From: Octopus sinensis
Lineage: Eukaryota
Length of the DNA stretch: 64,000 nucleotides
Assembly (NCBI RefSeq): GCF_006345805.1
Contig: NC_042997.1
Span: forward strand, 38,874,001 to 38,938,000
Reading direction: 5' to 3'
Shown: piece by piece, positions 12,922 to 26,798 of the stretch
Layout: each line of letters starts with the position of its first letter
How positions within the stretch are numbered: position 1 is the stretch's first letter
Translations under genes and position numbers: made by a program
The notes under the pieces: model-generated
Told to the model about the DNA's origin: nothing
Seen by the model: only the letters and a program-made list of their open reading frames with translations
Databases searched by the model: none

Positions 12922-13346
12922 ACTTTTTATCGTCTACTTAGGAGGGATAGACAAGCGTTCAAAACTCTTTACAGAATCCTAAGACTGGCTGGAGGTGGAA
13001 GAAGGGGTCTTTAGGCCGGAGGTCTGATCCAAATGCTTTCAACAGAATGGGCTCCATTGAAAGTACCCAGAGACCAGGAGGCCGTGTTAAACCGAGAGAC
13101 ATATTTAGCCGCCACTCGTGTAAATCACGACGAGTGCAAAGAAATACCACGAGGCATTTCACCTGACTCTCTGAGGGCACAGCTAATTGACCACTATTGT
13201 CGTTGTGATTGTAATGTAAATTCAGGCCACCCGTGGTATACCAAACATACCTAGAGGAGTAAACCTCAATGATAAAAAATCCCAGCCTTGAATTACAGAA
13301 GGTTGGTATGCGGTTGATGTAAAACTTCGACAAACTGATTCATATA

Positions 13347-13517
13347 GGCGCAGGAGTAGCTGTGTGGTAAGTAGCTTGCTTACCAACCACATGGTTCCGG
13401 GTTCAGTCCCACTGCGTGGCACCTTGGGCAAGTGTCTTCTACTATAGTCTCGGGCCGACCAAAGCCTTGTGAGTGGATTTGGTAGACGGAAACTGAAAGA
13501 AGCCCGTCGTATATATG

Positions 13518-13600
<83 letters not shown>

Positions 13601-13821
13601 GCGTGTGTGTGTTTGTGTGTCTGTGTTTGTCCCCCTAGCATTGCTTGACAACCGATGCTGGTGTGTTTATGTCCCCGTTACTTAGCGGTTCGGCAAAAGA
13701 GACCGATAGAATAAGTACTGGGCTTACAAAACAATAAGTCTCGGGTTCGAGTTGATCGATTAAATGCGATGCTCCAGCATGGCCGCAGTCAAATGACTGA
13801 AAGAAGTAAAAGAGTAAAGAG
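13347..13821 (+). mobile_element. SINE family A
   Basis: Full copy with an expanded TA linker. Confidence 0.92.
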
Positions 13822-14307
13822 TATTGAATACACGCAATTTCTGTTTCACCGAAGGAGATCCTGTTTCTACTAATGAAGAGTATGCAATGGGGAGTATGCA
13901 ATCCCTGTCAGTATTAAGCTATTGAAAGGCCAAAGTAGGCCCAGATTGGAACTCGCCCATAATAATAATAAATAAATTACCAAAGTCAAGCAAATTACTG
14001 ATTGCAAGACTAGGTGCAACGCGGAAAATAATTATTTCAGATATATCATACCTCCGCGGATTATAGAACTATGCTACATACTCTAATATGCAGTGGCAAA
14101 TCGTGTGGTGAGCAGTGTTGTACAATCTACTCTTTTTCTGCGCACCACTATAGTCACGAGCAAAGTGGACTCAGTCAGACAGCGACAGTTGTACCTATCA
14201 TTTGTGATGTACACCCAAGCATAGTGCTTCAGATTAATGTAGCTATTGATGATGTATGTCATTGATTTATTTTGATATATTATATGTAACTCTTAACCTT
14301 TTTTATT

Positions 14308-14540
14308 CCTATTTCTTTACTACCCACAAGGGGCTAAACACAGAGAGGACAAACAAGGACAAACAAACGGATTAAGTCGATTATATCGACACCAGTGCGT
14401 AACTGGTACTTAATTTATCAACCTCGAAACGATGAAAGGCAAAGTCGACCTTGGCGAAATTTGAACTCAGAACTTGCTGGCAGACGAAATAGGGCTACGC
14501 ATTTCGCCTGGCGTGCTAACGTTTCTGCCAGCTCGCCGCC
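14308..14540 (-). mobile_element. SINE family B
   Basis: Full copy flanked by the 10-bp duplication TTAACCTTTT. Confidence 0.9.
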
Positions 14541-15334
14541 TTAACCTTTTGGTATACCGTGTCGTTGTTATATTATGTGGTTATGCATAGTATTGTATTG
14601 CATTTGATGTTTTCTAGTGATGCTGGTGCTTGGAAGCTGCTACTACTTTGTTATTTTGAGCCATTTTTCTAAACACATGTATCTAGGTTGGAATAATTAT
14701 ACAGCTGTTTTTTGGTAAATAGAAAGATGTGAGTGCGACGCCATCTCCATATGAGATTGTGTATATATTTCAACGGTGGCTGGGAAAGTCCCGAAACAAT
14801 ACGTTGAAACGAGTGATTCTTGTAGCATCGGGAAATTGGAAATTCTGGAAGCGTTTTTGTACACTACATAGGCTTGAAATCCTGACAGATAATTTTCTAG
14901 CAATTTGTGTTTTTCTTAGGGAGTGGATTATTTATTGCTACTTAAAAACCTATGTATTATCTATGTTAGGCTTATGAGATCTTGTGGGGATCTGGAGGAG
15001 ATAATTCATGTAGAGCTTCTGTCTTAGAACTCGACCTGCAAAAATTAATAGCAAAAATGTCCTTCAAAGTTCATAGCGTCTCAATAAATGGTCAATGAAT
15101 ACGGTTCGTATAACTGTTTAACTGTCCCCGTTCCTGTTATTTCATGAAAGCAATATATTTGTGCTAAAAAGTATTAATTTCACTTAACTGGTTGGCCTGG
15201 ATTCTAACATACTATGCTCGATTTTTCATTTTTATTATTGTACTTATTTTACTGGAACATTCTCCTTTTCTTTACAAAACGCCTTCTTTTACCATCCATG
15301 TCATGATTCAGTTCAGAACAATACTTTTTGTTAC

Positions 15335-15903
15335 CATCCCCATACAAGACAAAACATCTCCAGAATTGAGTCACCCCAGAGGGCACTCACTAAACGAATT
15401 GAAGGCATGGCTGCTCTCGATTATTGGGATCGCCTTAAAGCCTTGAAACTTTACTCCCTCCAGCGTCGCCGTGAGCGGTACATCATTTGTACGATGTGGA
15501 GAATATACCGCGGACTGCCCAAACGACCTGAACATTAGCTTCAAGGTTCACCCAAGACTGGGACCACGGGCCATACGTCCCCTGCCCAATTCAAGATCAC
15601 AACATACATGTACACTGCAACATAATTTCTTTTCCTCAACAGGCCCTGCCCTATTTAACATTGTCCCGAGGGAGATCAAAGAGGAAAAGGATCCCATCAA
15701 CTTTAAACGGAGTCTGGATAAATTCCTTCAAAGAATACCAGATAAGCCACCCATAATTGGATACAACTCACCCAACAAGAACTCACTACTTGAACAAAAC
15801 TTGACTTAAACAGGATTCGAATAATCCTATCAGGTGGTGCTATTAAGTTAGACATGGCCTGGACCAATCTTTGGTCGAAACATATCTAAGTTATCTAAGT
15901 TAT
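15335..15903 (+). mobile_element. CR1-group LINE 3' fragment
   Basis: IESPQRALTKRIEGMAALDYWDRLKALKLYSLQRRRERY...GPALFNIVP...FKRSLDKFLQRIPDKP...KNSL. The 3' hairpin GACC/GGTC is followed by GAAACA and an (ATCTAAGTT)2 tail. Confidence 0.88.
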
Positions 15904-17227
15904 AGCTGATATAATCGGATGTGCATACACATGTTTCTGTGTTAGAATTAATGGTGTATTATAACCACTCTGCTTTTCTTTCGCTTGGTTACTATTTTTC
16001 TAGATATTAACCGTTCGGAAGCCTCCCTTGTCAATGCCTTAACAAACACTTTTAACTTCATTTTCAATTTTTGCTTTCGGATTATACTTTACCTTTCTTG
16101 ACAGATTCTGGCTCTTTTCATAGTTTTCTGTCATTTCAACATCTATATTATTTTTATCAGAACTTGTTTTGTACATTCGCAACTTTTCCATTCTTCGAGA
16201 AGCATATTGTGTTCAGTTGCACTACGGCTCATGTCAAAATATTTTGTATTGTATTCAGTTATGGTGTTATAGTTTACTGTCTTTTATATCTCGTCATACT
16301 TAAGGTTTAGGATAGTTTTTCGTTAGCGATAAAACTTCAGAGAATGCTTCTGGCTCTTTCACTGGATGGTTGAGTAGCTTTAAGTAGTCAGTGGTTCACT
16401 GTAGAATCCATTCGCTAGTGGTTCGTCCAATTGTCATTTTCAGTTATTTGTATTTTTTCAGTACCTTAGTTGTTTGTTAGTTAATATCTTCCCTGTGCAT
16501 CACATGCTGCTTTTTGCCCGTACGTTTTATAGTTACCGCTCTAAAAAACTTTTACTTCCCTTTCTCTTGACAATTCCTTTTTTTCCCACGTTTGTTCGTT
16601 TTGAAATCGTTTTGAGTAGTTACGAATTGTCTGTTTTGTTCGTAAAATTATTGCCAAATTTTTGCAATGGTGGATTAAGACTCAGAGAGTATCTCGTCTT
16701 TCTCTTTATTTCCTTTTATTTATACATTTATTTTTCTTCTATTTATTTATTATTCATTTTTGTGTTTTCGTTATCTAAATAATGTCTGAGAGGCCTTTCC
16801 TTATATTTTTTATCGGTTACATTTTCTTTTATGAAAACAGGAAGACTTTTTTTGTTTGTCCATAAGAATACGTAACAATTTTACCTCTTTGCACTTTTAG
16901 ATCATTTTCATATACAAAGTTTCCCACTTTAGGTGATTCTTTTCTTGTCTTTTTCTCATAGTGAATCGTATTTATATTTTCCTTAATATTATTCTAATTC
17001 GGACTTTTTCTGATAAATATTTTGTTGTGTACTGAAGTATATCTACGCTGTAACTTGTTTCTTTATCTGCTACACTCGTGCTGCGGATAGCATATGTTTT
17101 CAATATTTATTGTTTAATAAGTTGTGTTCGTCGTTCATAGCTTGTGCGGTCCTTATCTATTCCTCTTATATTTTAAGTGTTCTTTTTTGTATTCCTTTTG
17201 TATTCTAGGTTTGTTACTCTCTCTCTC

Positions 17228-17455
17228 TCTTTTACTCTTTTACTTGTTTCAGTCATTTGACTGCGGTCATGCTGGAGCACCATCTTTAGTCGAGCAAATC
17301 GACCCCGGGACTTATTCTTTGTAAGCCCGGTACTTATTCTATCGGTCTCTTTTTGCCGAACCGCTAAGTGACGGGGACGTAAACACACCAGCATCGGTTG
17401 TCAAGCAATGCTAGAGGGACAAACACAGACTCACAAACACACACACGCATATATA

Positions 17456-17490
<35 letters not shown>
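17228..17490 (-). mobile_element. SINE family A, 3' half
   Basis: Tail to internal TA linker; stops where the Penelope fragment begins. Confidence 0.88.
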
Positions 17491-18375
17491 ACATTGAAAC
17501 TGACATCCATTACAAACCCACTGACTCTAAACAATAACTTCTATTCACCTCCAATCACCCAAAACACACAAAGACAAATATCCCCTTCAACCTAGCGAGA
17601 AGAATCTGCACTATTGTCTCAAATGACACAACACGAAATAGAAGACTCCGGGAACTAAGGGCAATTCTTCTCGAAAGACATTACCCGCATCACTAGTAGA
17701 CAACGGAATAGAACGGGCCAAATCAATCAACATTCAAGACCTACGAAAACCCAAACACATCCACAGTACAGTAAATAGCCTCCCCTATCTCTCAACACAC
17801 AACCCAAGGAATGCAGAAGCTTACACTATTATATACAACAACATTCCACAACTAAATCAAGACCCACGCCTGAAAAAAATACTGGCAGCTCATAAAATAA
17901 TAAAAGTAAGAGACAACCTAAATCCCTAAAAAACCTCCTCACCAACGCAAAATTACACAACACAAACCCACCGCCCACCATCAAAAAATGTGGTCGCCCC
18001 AACTGCAAGACCTGCATCCACCTCATTGAGGGATCGTCGTACAAGTTCCACTCGGGACACACATTCATCATAAAAATAATTTCACGTGCGCATCAAAAAT
18101 TTACTCTACGTCATAAGGTGTGAAGGATGCCACGAAGACTACATAGGGCAAACGAGCCTTACCCTCAGAGAAAGAATGACAGTTCACCGACACAACTGAG
18201 GGACCCCTCCACAAGACAGATACCACTAAGTGGACACTTAGACCTTTGTGCACACAATAAGTCCCCCAAATTCTTAGTCTTCTCACTATACCAATGCTCG
18301 GACAACACCACAGACCAAAACGAATAATAAGGAAAGTAATCTTATTCAAAAATACAGACGACAACTAAACATACT
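17491..18375 (+). mobile_element. Penelope-like element fragment (linker and GIY-YIG endonuclease), frameshifted
   Basis: RQPKSLKNLLTNAKL...CGRPNCKTCIHLIEG...FTCASK..YVIRCEGCHEDYIGQT.LTLRERMTVH, the Cys-rich GIY-YIG of PLEs. Confidence 0.9.
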
Positions 18376-18529
18376 CTGACATACCCCCTGGACACACATC
18401 CAGAGCAAGCACACGGGACACGCGCACACTCACAGCATATCGTGCGGGCGGTCACATGCGCGCATCGGCACGCATAGGACACACTAGCGGGCATTGACCG
18501 CACACATACGTGGCACGCACACGCATGCA

Positions 18530-18835
18530 TGATATATATGTAGGTTATGTATGTGTGTGAGTGTTGTGTGTGTGTGTGTGAGTGTGCACGTTGTGTGTGT
18601 GTGTGCGCGTGTGTGTATATATATGTGTGTGTGTGTGTGCACTGTATGCGTGTGTGTGTATGTGTGTGTGTGTGCGCGCGTTGTGTGTGTGTGTGCACGT
18701 GTGTATATATGTGTGTGGGTGTGTGTGCACTGTGTGCGTGTGTGTGTGTGTGTGGTGTGTGTGGGTGTGTGTGTGAATTTTATATATATATGTGTGTGTA
18801 TGTGTGGAAAAAATATATATATGTGCATGTATTAT

Positions 18836-18883
<48 letters not shown>

Positions 18884-19668
18884 TATATATGTATATATAT
18901 ATGTGTGTGTGTATGTGTGTGTGTGGATATATATTTGCATGTATATGTGTGTATAAACATGTGCATTATTTGCATGCGCATTGTGTATATGTATATTGTA
19001 TGTATGTGTACAATTAAGTGTATATATGTGTGTGTATGTGTGCATTGTATATATGTATATTGTAGGTGTGCTATATATACTGAATACATGTATACGTTGC
19101 GTGTATATATATGTATGCATTGTGTATGTATGTTATGTGTGTGTGTGGTCTATATATATTATATGTATGCGTACGTGTATGTGTATGCATTGTATATGTA
19201 TATTGTGTGTATATGTGGTATATCTATGTATGTGTATGTAAACACTATTTATATGTTATATGTATATATGTATATGCATTGTCTATATATATATATTATA
19301 TGTATGTATTGCGTATGTATATTGCATGCATATATTGTGTATGTGTATTTATACATGCTGTGTATGTGTATTGTATGTGTATATATATGCTAGTGTGTTT
19401 TGTGTGATATTTATATTACGTATATATGTGTGCGTGTGTTGTGTGTGTGTGTGTGTTAGTGTTGGTGTGTTGTTGTGTATGTGTTATATATGTGTGTATA
19501 TTATATATAATATACATGTTATATTTGTGTGCTGTGTGTATATATTATATATGTGGGTGCGTTGTGTGTGTGTGTGTGTTCTGTGTGTGTATGTGTGTTG
19601 TGTGTATGTTGGTGTTTGTTATACTATGTGTGTGTGTGTTGTTGTTGTGTGTGTGTATATATGTGTGT
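18530..19668. repeat. Compound (TG)/(TA)/(TATG) microsatellite tract
   Basis: Simple-repeat sequence; the source of many spurious ORFs. Confidence 0.95.
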
Positions 19669-20299
19669 GACAAACAGACGCTGTCTGACCAGCAGGCACA
19701 CGACACATCTATTCACACCCGCATACTCACCTCCCAATAACCCCAAAATCACTGATGCTTGAAGGGGAAGTATAAACCAAACGGGTACACATCTTTTTTT
19801 CTCTCAATTCAACTTTTCTGCTGAAACAAACAGGTCAGTAAAAAACAAATTCTCGCCTTCGATTCAAAATATTCTGAGATGTCTAAAATATCCATTTTAA
19901 TTTTCTCTGTCAATATTACAAGCTTTCACCCAAACTATTACACTTCCTTATGTCTTTAAAATTCCTTTCTACCAAGACTGTATATATACATGTAATGTGA
20001 CAATTTGCGACAACCAATAATTAACGCAACCAAATTTCCAATAATATATTTGTTTTATTCTTTTCTGCCAATTTTTACAAATATCTCATCACACTATTGA
20101 ACTTTTTTATACTATATTTATACATGTAATGTGACAATTATGTATAAAAAACATTTTTGAATTCATAATATTCAATGTGACAATTATGTAAAAAACTTTT
20201 TTTGAACCCATAATATTCAATGTTACTTTGACAATCTTTTACCAAAGAGTGAAACCGGTTAAGTAATAAAAATCGTTTAAATTGCATTTTCAAACCTTT

Positions 20300-20303
<4 letters not shown>

Positions 20304-20343
<40 letters not shown>

Positions 20344-20507
20344 TACACATATATACGACAGGCTTCTTCAGTTTCGTCTACCAAATCCACTCACAAGGCA
20401 TTGGTCGGCCGGGGCTATAGCAGAAGACAATTGCCCAAGATGCCACGCAGTGGGACTGAACCCGGAACCATGTGGCTGGTTAGCAAGCTACTTACTACTC
20501 CTGCGCC
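20304..20507 (-). mobile_element. SINE family A, 5' half
   Basis: TA linker to head (CTCCTGCGCC). Confidence 0.88.
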
Positions 20508-20624
20508 TTGTTATGTGTCCTCTTTTATTACTTTTGTGCCCCTGCGATAAGCCATCAGGACTAAACTAATAAAGGGTTCTTAATAAGGATTAAATGTAAC
20601 TGGTCATACTGTCAGAAGAAAAAA

Positions 20625-20994
20625 CGGATCTTTTCGGTTTGAACGGCAGTTTTTAACATAATTTCTAGGTAACTAAAAACTTTTAAACTTCGTATACTGG
20701 TATAATGTGTTTATAAAATATCTTTTTCTCTTGGCTTTATTGAGAAAATTCTGTGGTTTGTAAGATATTTGTTGGTTTTTTTTCTTCAATTTCTGCAATT
20801 TCAACCAATCAATGACGTCCATTGAGGTAAAAAAAAAACATTCTGTGCCGTATGAATATGTCCCTTTTTAAGAAACAAATTGGGTTTATTTACATTTGTG
20901 AAATGCAATAGATCTATACTCGGGTCATAATTATGGGTGACAATTTCATATGACACCGCTAAAAAAAAACTGCCGTTCAAACCGAAAAGATCCG
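20625..20994. mobile_element. MITE, 370 bp, 29-bp TIRs
   Basis: CGGATCTTTTCGGTTTGAACGGCAGTTTT at the left end and its exact reverse complement at the right, with A-runs on both flanks. Superfamily not assigned. Confidence 0.88.
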
Positions 20995-21292
20995 AAAAAA
21001 CTAATATTAGCCAATGAATAATATTTTTATTTCACCCTAAATGTACACTGCTTTAGCTACTTTCTTTAATATTCCAGTCTAGTTAGTGTTTCTCCTAAGT
21101 AAATACTAGTCCATCATAACTTTCATCCTACTAGGCTCAGTAAAATCAGCGCCAATAATAGACTCATTTAATTAACCTAGCTATGGTGCCTAGACTACAA
21201 GGGGTTATCTTGCGAAACGTCACTTTTCATGTAAGAACGGCTGCTTTGCAAATCTTTTCTTTTCATTCAAGAAATTAATTATTTCTTGATAA

Positions 21293-21694
21293 TCTTTTAC
21301 TCTTTTACTTGTTTCAGTCATTTGACTGCGGCCATGCTGGAGCACCGCCTTTAATTGAGCAACTCGACCCCGGGACTTATTCTTTTGTAAGCCCAGTACT
21401 TATCCTATCGGTCTCTTTTGCCGAACCGCTAAGTAACGAGACATAAACACACCAGCATTGGTTGTCAAGCAATGCTAGAGGGGGAGGGACAAACACAGAC
21501 ACACAAACACATTTATATATATACATATATACGACGGGCTTCTTTCAGTTTCCGTCTACCAAATCCACTCACAAGGCTTTGGTCGGCCCGAGGCTATAGT
21601 AGAAGACACTTGCCCAAGGTGCCACGCAGTGGGACTGAACCCGGAACCATGTGGTTGCTAAACAAGCTACTTACCACACAGCCACTCCTGCGCC
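21293..21694 (-). mobile_element. SINE family A
   Basis: Full reverse copy. Confidence 0.92.
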
Positions 21695-21912
21695 TATGAT
21701 AAGTAACCTTTCTTATTTTCTTCCATTTATTGGTAAAATAAATTATTTATATTCTGACCTATTCCAAAAATGATCGAAACAAAAATAAACTGGTTTTATA
21801 TATTTTACTTTCCTTTTATAGTTTATCTTTTGTTTACTTATTCCGTTACACGTGCTGTCTACCTCTCCGCATCACCCTCTCTCTTTTTCATGCGCGTGAC
21901 TATTCACTCTAC

Positions 21913-21946
<34 letters not shown>

Positions 21947-22299
21947 CAACTATTAATTTTTATATCTCACTATCTATGTGTCTATCTCTTTTCTTTCCTA
22001 TCTATTTTCTTATCTCTCTGTATGTTAGTATGTACGTATATATGTATACGTATCATGTTTGAAAGTATGTATATACGTATGTATGTTGTATGTACGTATG
22101 TCTATATACATAGTTCTCTGCATATTTATCGATATATACATGCAGCTGTGTATGTTATCTCTTCTGTTTATTTTTCACGTCGTTGATTCGTTTTATAATC
22201 GTTCTGAGAGGAGATGAATTGTTTGTTTGTTCAGAAACTCATTGTCGCTCTTTCGCACGAGCGGATTATTTGAGATTTAGCAAGAGTTTTTTCTATGCG

Positions 22300-22738
<439 letters not shown>

Positions 22739-23014
22739 AATATTAATTTATAAACAAGTGAACAAAATTTCGAAATTACAAGTAAGTGAACAAAATTACA
22801 TGTAAAAGTCATATGTGAAAACTATGCCTCATGTATGTTGGGTTCAGGTACCAAATGGAGGAGTGACAAATAAAGAGATAAAAATTCGAGGTAAGAGCTT
22901 CCAAAAGGAACTGTTCGAATCGATCAAGAATTTGATGTTTATACGAAATATCGGATGAGAGTTCAAAATTTTTAAATTCAGGGGTAAATAGGGAGATAAA
23001 TAAATTGATAAAAT

Positions 23015-23162
23015 AGTAGCTTGTTTACCAACCACATGGTTCCGGGTTCAGTTCCACTGCGTGGCACATTGGGCAAGTGTCTTCTACTGTAGCCTCGGGC
23101 CGACCAAAGCCTTGTGAGTGGATTTGGTAGACGGAAACTGAAAGAAGCCCGTCGTGTATATG

Positions 23163-23216
<54 letters not shown>

Positions 23217-23423
23217 TGTGTCTGTGTTTGTCCCTCTAGCATTGCTTGACAACCGATGCTGGTGTGTTTATGTCCCCGTTACTTAGCGGTTCGGCAAAAG
23301 AGACCGATAGAATAAGTACTGGGCTTACAAAAGAATAAGTCCCGGGGTCGAGTTGCTCGATTATAGGCGGTGCTCCAGCATGGCCGCAGTCAAATGACTG
23401 AAACAAGTAAAAGAGTAAAAGAG
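23015..23423 (+). mobile_element. SINE family A, slightly 5'-truncated, present only in unit 1 of the triplication
   Basis: Units 2 and 3 are contiguous (GATAAAATAAACATATATAGATTCGGG) at the homologous site. Confidence 0.9.
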
Positions 23424-23640
23424 TATATACAGATTCGGGTTGAATTCGTGTAAAGGAATCTTCTACAGCCGTTTCAGGGGTGCAATAAATACATAAATAG
23501 CGTTTTAAGTATTCCAAATACAGAAACATGGCGTCCCCCACCCTCATCAAGATAGTGTCATTCGTGATTAAAATATCAGTCGCCATGATAGATCGTTAGC
23601 CACTACACACATTTTTTCTCTCCTTGTTTTTTCTGTGTCC

Positions 23641-23676
23641 CTTTCTGTAGAAGAGCGTAGGCTCGAAACGTAAAAG
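23641..23676 (+). ncRNA. Hammerhead-like minimal motif with variant core CUGUAGA (copy 1)
   Basis: CTTT-CTGTAGA-A-GAGC(GTAG)GCTC-GAAAC-GTA-AAAG: stems I and II and GAAAC-GUA are in register, but core position 6 is U rather than A. Confidence 0.5.
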
Positions 23677-23777
23677 ACTTTTTCTATTCCTGAGCGTTTT
23701 ATACTAATACATCTGTTTGTTCTGTACACCACCTGTCTTCGTCTTTTGTTTTTTTCGTAAACTCTCCCTTTATATAA

Positions 23778-23808
<31 letters not shown>

Positions 23809-23960
23809 ATATAGATATATATATGTATATATTATATATATATATATATGTATATATGTATATAGATATATATGTATATATTATATATATATATGTATAT
23901 ACTAGATATATATATATATATATAATATATATATAATATATATATATATATATGTAATAT

Positions 23961-23993
<33 letters not shown>

Positions 23994-24068
23994 TATATAT
24001 ATATATATATATATGTAGATTGATATAATTATATATATATATAATTATATATATATATGTATATCTTT

Positions 24069-24105
<37 letters not shown>

Positions 24106-24120
24106 TATATATGTATATAT

Positions 24121-24171
<51 letters not shown>

Positions 24172-24178
24172 TATATGC

Positions 24179-24209
<31 letters not shown>

Positions 24210-25176
24210 ATATGGTACAAATATATAAGACATGCTTTCTTCAGTTTCCGCCTACGAAATCCACTCACAAGGCTTTGAGTGTGTGTGTGGTGTGTGTGGT
24301 GTGTGTGTGTGTGTGTGACTTTCCTAAATCCATTAGTCTGACGTTTTCGGCACTTCCTCAATTTTGTTTTCTAATTAAACTTTGTAGTAGTACTTAACCC
24401 ACGCGTTCTGAAGCAAATTGCTAATGGTCTTGGTAATAAATTTTTTTTAATCCTCAACGACAAACTAAATCAGATTTCTGATGCCATGATATATTTTGGA
24501 ACATGACATATATCTGTGTGTTTGATTTCGGCTTGTATTATGCTATTATTTCAATACTTATTAATCCGTTTTTCTGTCTTCTTTTACGCTGTATATTGCT
24601 TTATAAACATAACTGTTTATAAGAAAAATCTTTCACAATAAAAATCTTATTTTCCACAATAAGAAAAGATTTTTCTTATCACAATAAGAAAAATCTTATT
24701 TTCTTCGCAATAAGAAAAATCCTTCACAAAGACAATCAAACTTAAATATAAGCGTTTACACGCACACACACATATATATACATATATGTCATCTTGTATT
24801 TCAAAATATATTCTTCCAAAAGGAACTGTTCGAATCGATTAAGAATTTGATGTTTATACGAAATGTCGGATGAGAGTTCAATATTTTAAAATTCAGGGGT
24901 AAATAGGGAGATAAATAAATTGATAAAATAAACATATATAGATTCGGGTTGAATTCGTGTAAAGGAATTTTCTACAGCCGTTTCAGGGGTGCAATAAATA
25001 CATAAATAGCGTTTTAAGTATTCCAAATACAGAAACATGATGCCCCCCACCCTCATCAAGATTGTGTCATTCGTGATTAAAATATCAGTCGCCATGATAG
25101 ATCGTTAGCCACTACACACATTTTTTCTCTCCTTTTTTTTCTCTCCTTCTTTTCTCTCCTTGTTCTTTCCGTGTCC

Positions 25177-25212
25177 CTTTCTGTAGAAGAGCGTAGGCTC
25201 GAAACGTAAAAG
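25177..25212 (+). ncRNA. Hammerhead-like minimal motif, CUGUAGA variant (copy 2)
   Basis: Identical to 23641-23676. Confidence 0.5.
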
Positions 25213-25344
25213 ATTTTTTCTATTCCTGAGCGTTATACTAATACCTGTTTGTTTTGTACACCACCTGTCTTCGTCTTTTGTTTTTTTTCCTCACTCTCCC
25301 TATATATATGTATACGTATATATATATACATATATATATGTATT

Positions 25345-25375
<31 letters not shown>

Positions 25376-25613
25376 AATACATATTATATTTATATATCTA
25401 TAATGTATTGTATATATTATAATATATGTAGATTATATATATTGTTGTGTGTGTGTGTGTGTGTATATATATATTATATACGTTATATATATATATATAC
25501 GTATATAATATATAGATATTACACAACACACAACACACACATATATATATATATACATATACATATACATATATATATATACATATACATATATATATAT
25601 ATATATAGATATA

Positions 25614-25652
<39 letters not shown>

Positions 25653-25791
25653 TATATGATAATATATATAAGTATACATATATAGGGAGAGTTGAGGAAA
25701 AAAAACAAAAGACGAAGACAGGTGTGTGGTCAAAACAAACCGGTATTAGTATAACGCTCAGGAATAGAAAAAATCTTTTACGTTTTTTTAT

Positions 25792-25849
<58 letters not shown>

Positions 25850-26762
25850 TACAATATAAAGACATGCTTCCTTCAGTTTCCGCCTACGAAATCCACTCAC
25901 AAGGCCTTGTGTTGTGTGTGTGACTTTCCTAAATCCATTAGTCTGACGTTTCGGCACTTCCTCAATTTTGTTTTCTAATTAAACTTGTAGTAGTACTTAA
26001 CCCACGCGTTCTGAAGCAAATTGCTAATGTCTTGGTAATAATTTTCAAAATCCTCAACGACAACTAAATCAGATTTCTGATGCCATGATATATTTTGGAA
26101 CATGACAATATCTGTGTGTTGATTTCGGCTTGTATTATGCTATTATTTCAATACTTATTAATCCGTTTTTCTGTCTTCTTTTACGCTGTCTATTGCTTTA
26201 TAAACATAACTGTTTATAAGAAAAATCTTTCACAATAAAAATCTTATTTTCCACAATAGAATAGATTTTTCACAATAAAAAAATCTTATTTTCTTCGCAA
26301 TAAGAAAAATCCTTCACAAAGACAATCAAACTTAAATATAAGCGTTTACACGCACACACACATATATATACATATATGTCATCTTGTATTTCAAAATATA
26401 TTCTTCCAAAGGAACTGTTCGAATCGATTAAGAATTTGATGTTTATACGAAATGTCGGATGAGAGTTCAATATTTTAAAATCAGGGGTAAATAGGGAGAT
26501 AAATAAATGATTAAAATAAACATATATAGATTCGGGTGAATTCGTGTAAAGGAATTTTTACAGCCGTTTCAGGGGTGCAATAAATAACATAAATAGCGTT
26601 TTAAGTATTCCAAATACAGGAAACATGATGCCCCCCACCCCTCATCAAGATTGTGTCATTCGTGATTAAAATATCAGGCGCATGATAGATCGTTAGCCAC
26701 TACACACTTTTTTTCTCTCCTTTTTTTCTCTCCTTCTTTTCTCTCCTTGTTCTTCCGTGTCC

Positions 26763-26798
26763 CTTTCTGTAGAAGAGCGTAGGCTCGAAACGTAAAAG
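26763..26798 (+). ncRNA. Hammerhead-like minimal motif, CUGUAGA variant (copy 3)
   Basis: Identical to 23641-23676. Confidence 0.5.

Noticed and set aside
12959-13333. ORFs at 12959-13333 and 13033-13254
   Set aside because: Short and motif-free; at most a degraded TE ORF1 fragment.
14697-14977. ORFs in unique sequence
   Set aside because: No compatible splice sites and no recognisable domain.
18342-19762. Long His/Thr/Cys/Val/Tyr-rich ORFs (also at 22183-22753, 25403-25978, 36403-37208, 42061-42723 and 57698-58204)
   Set aside because: Translations of (CA), (TA) and (CTAT) microsatellites, with no protein signal.
19750-19790. Possible decayed pLTR hammerhead (CTGATGCTTGAAGGGG...CCAAACGG)
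   Set aside because: Both core boxes are broken and stem I is not recoverable.
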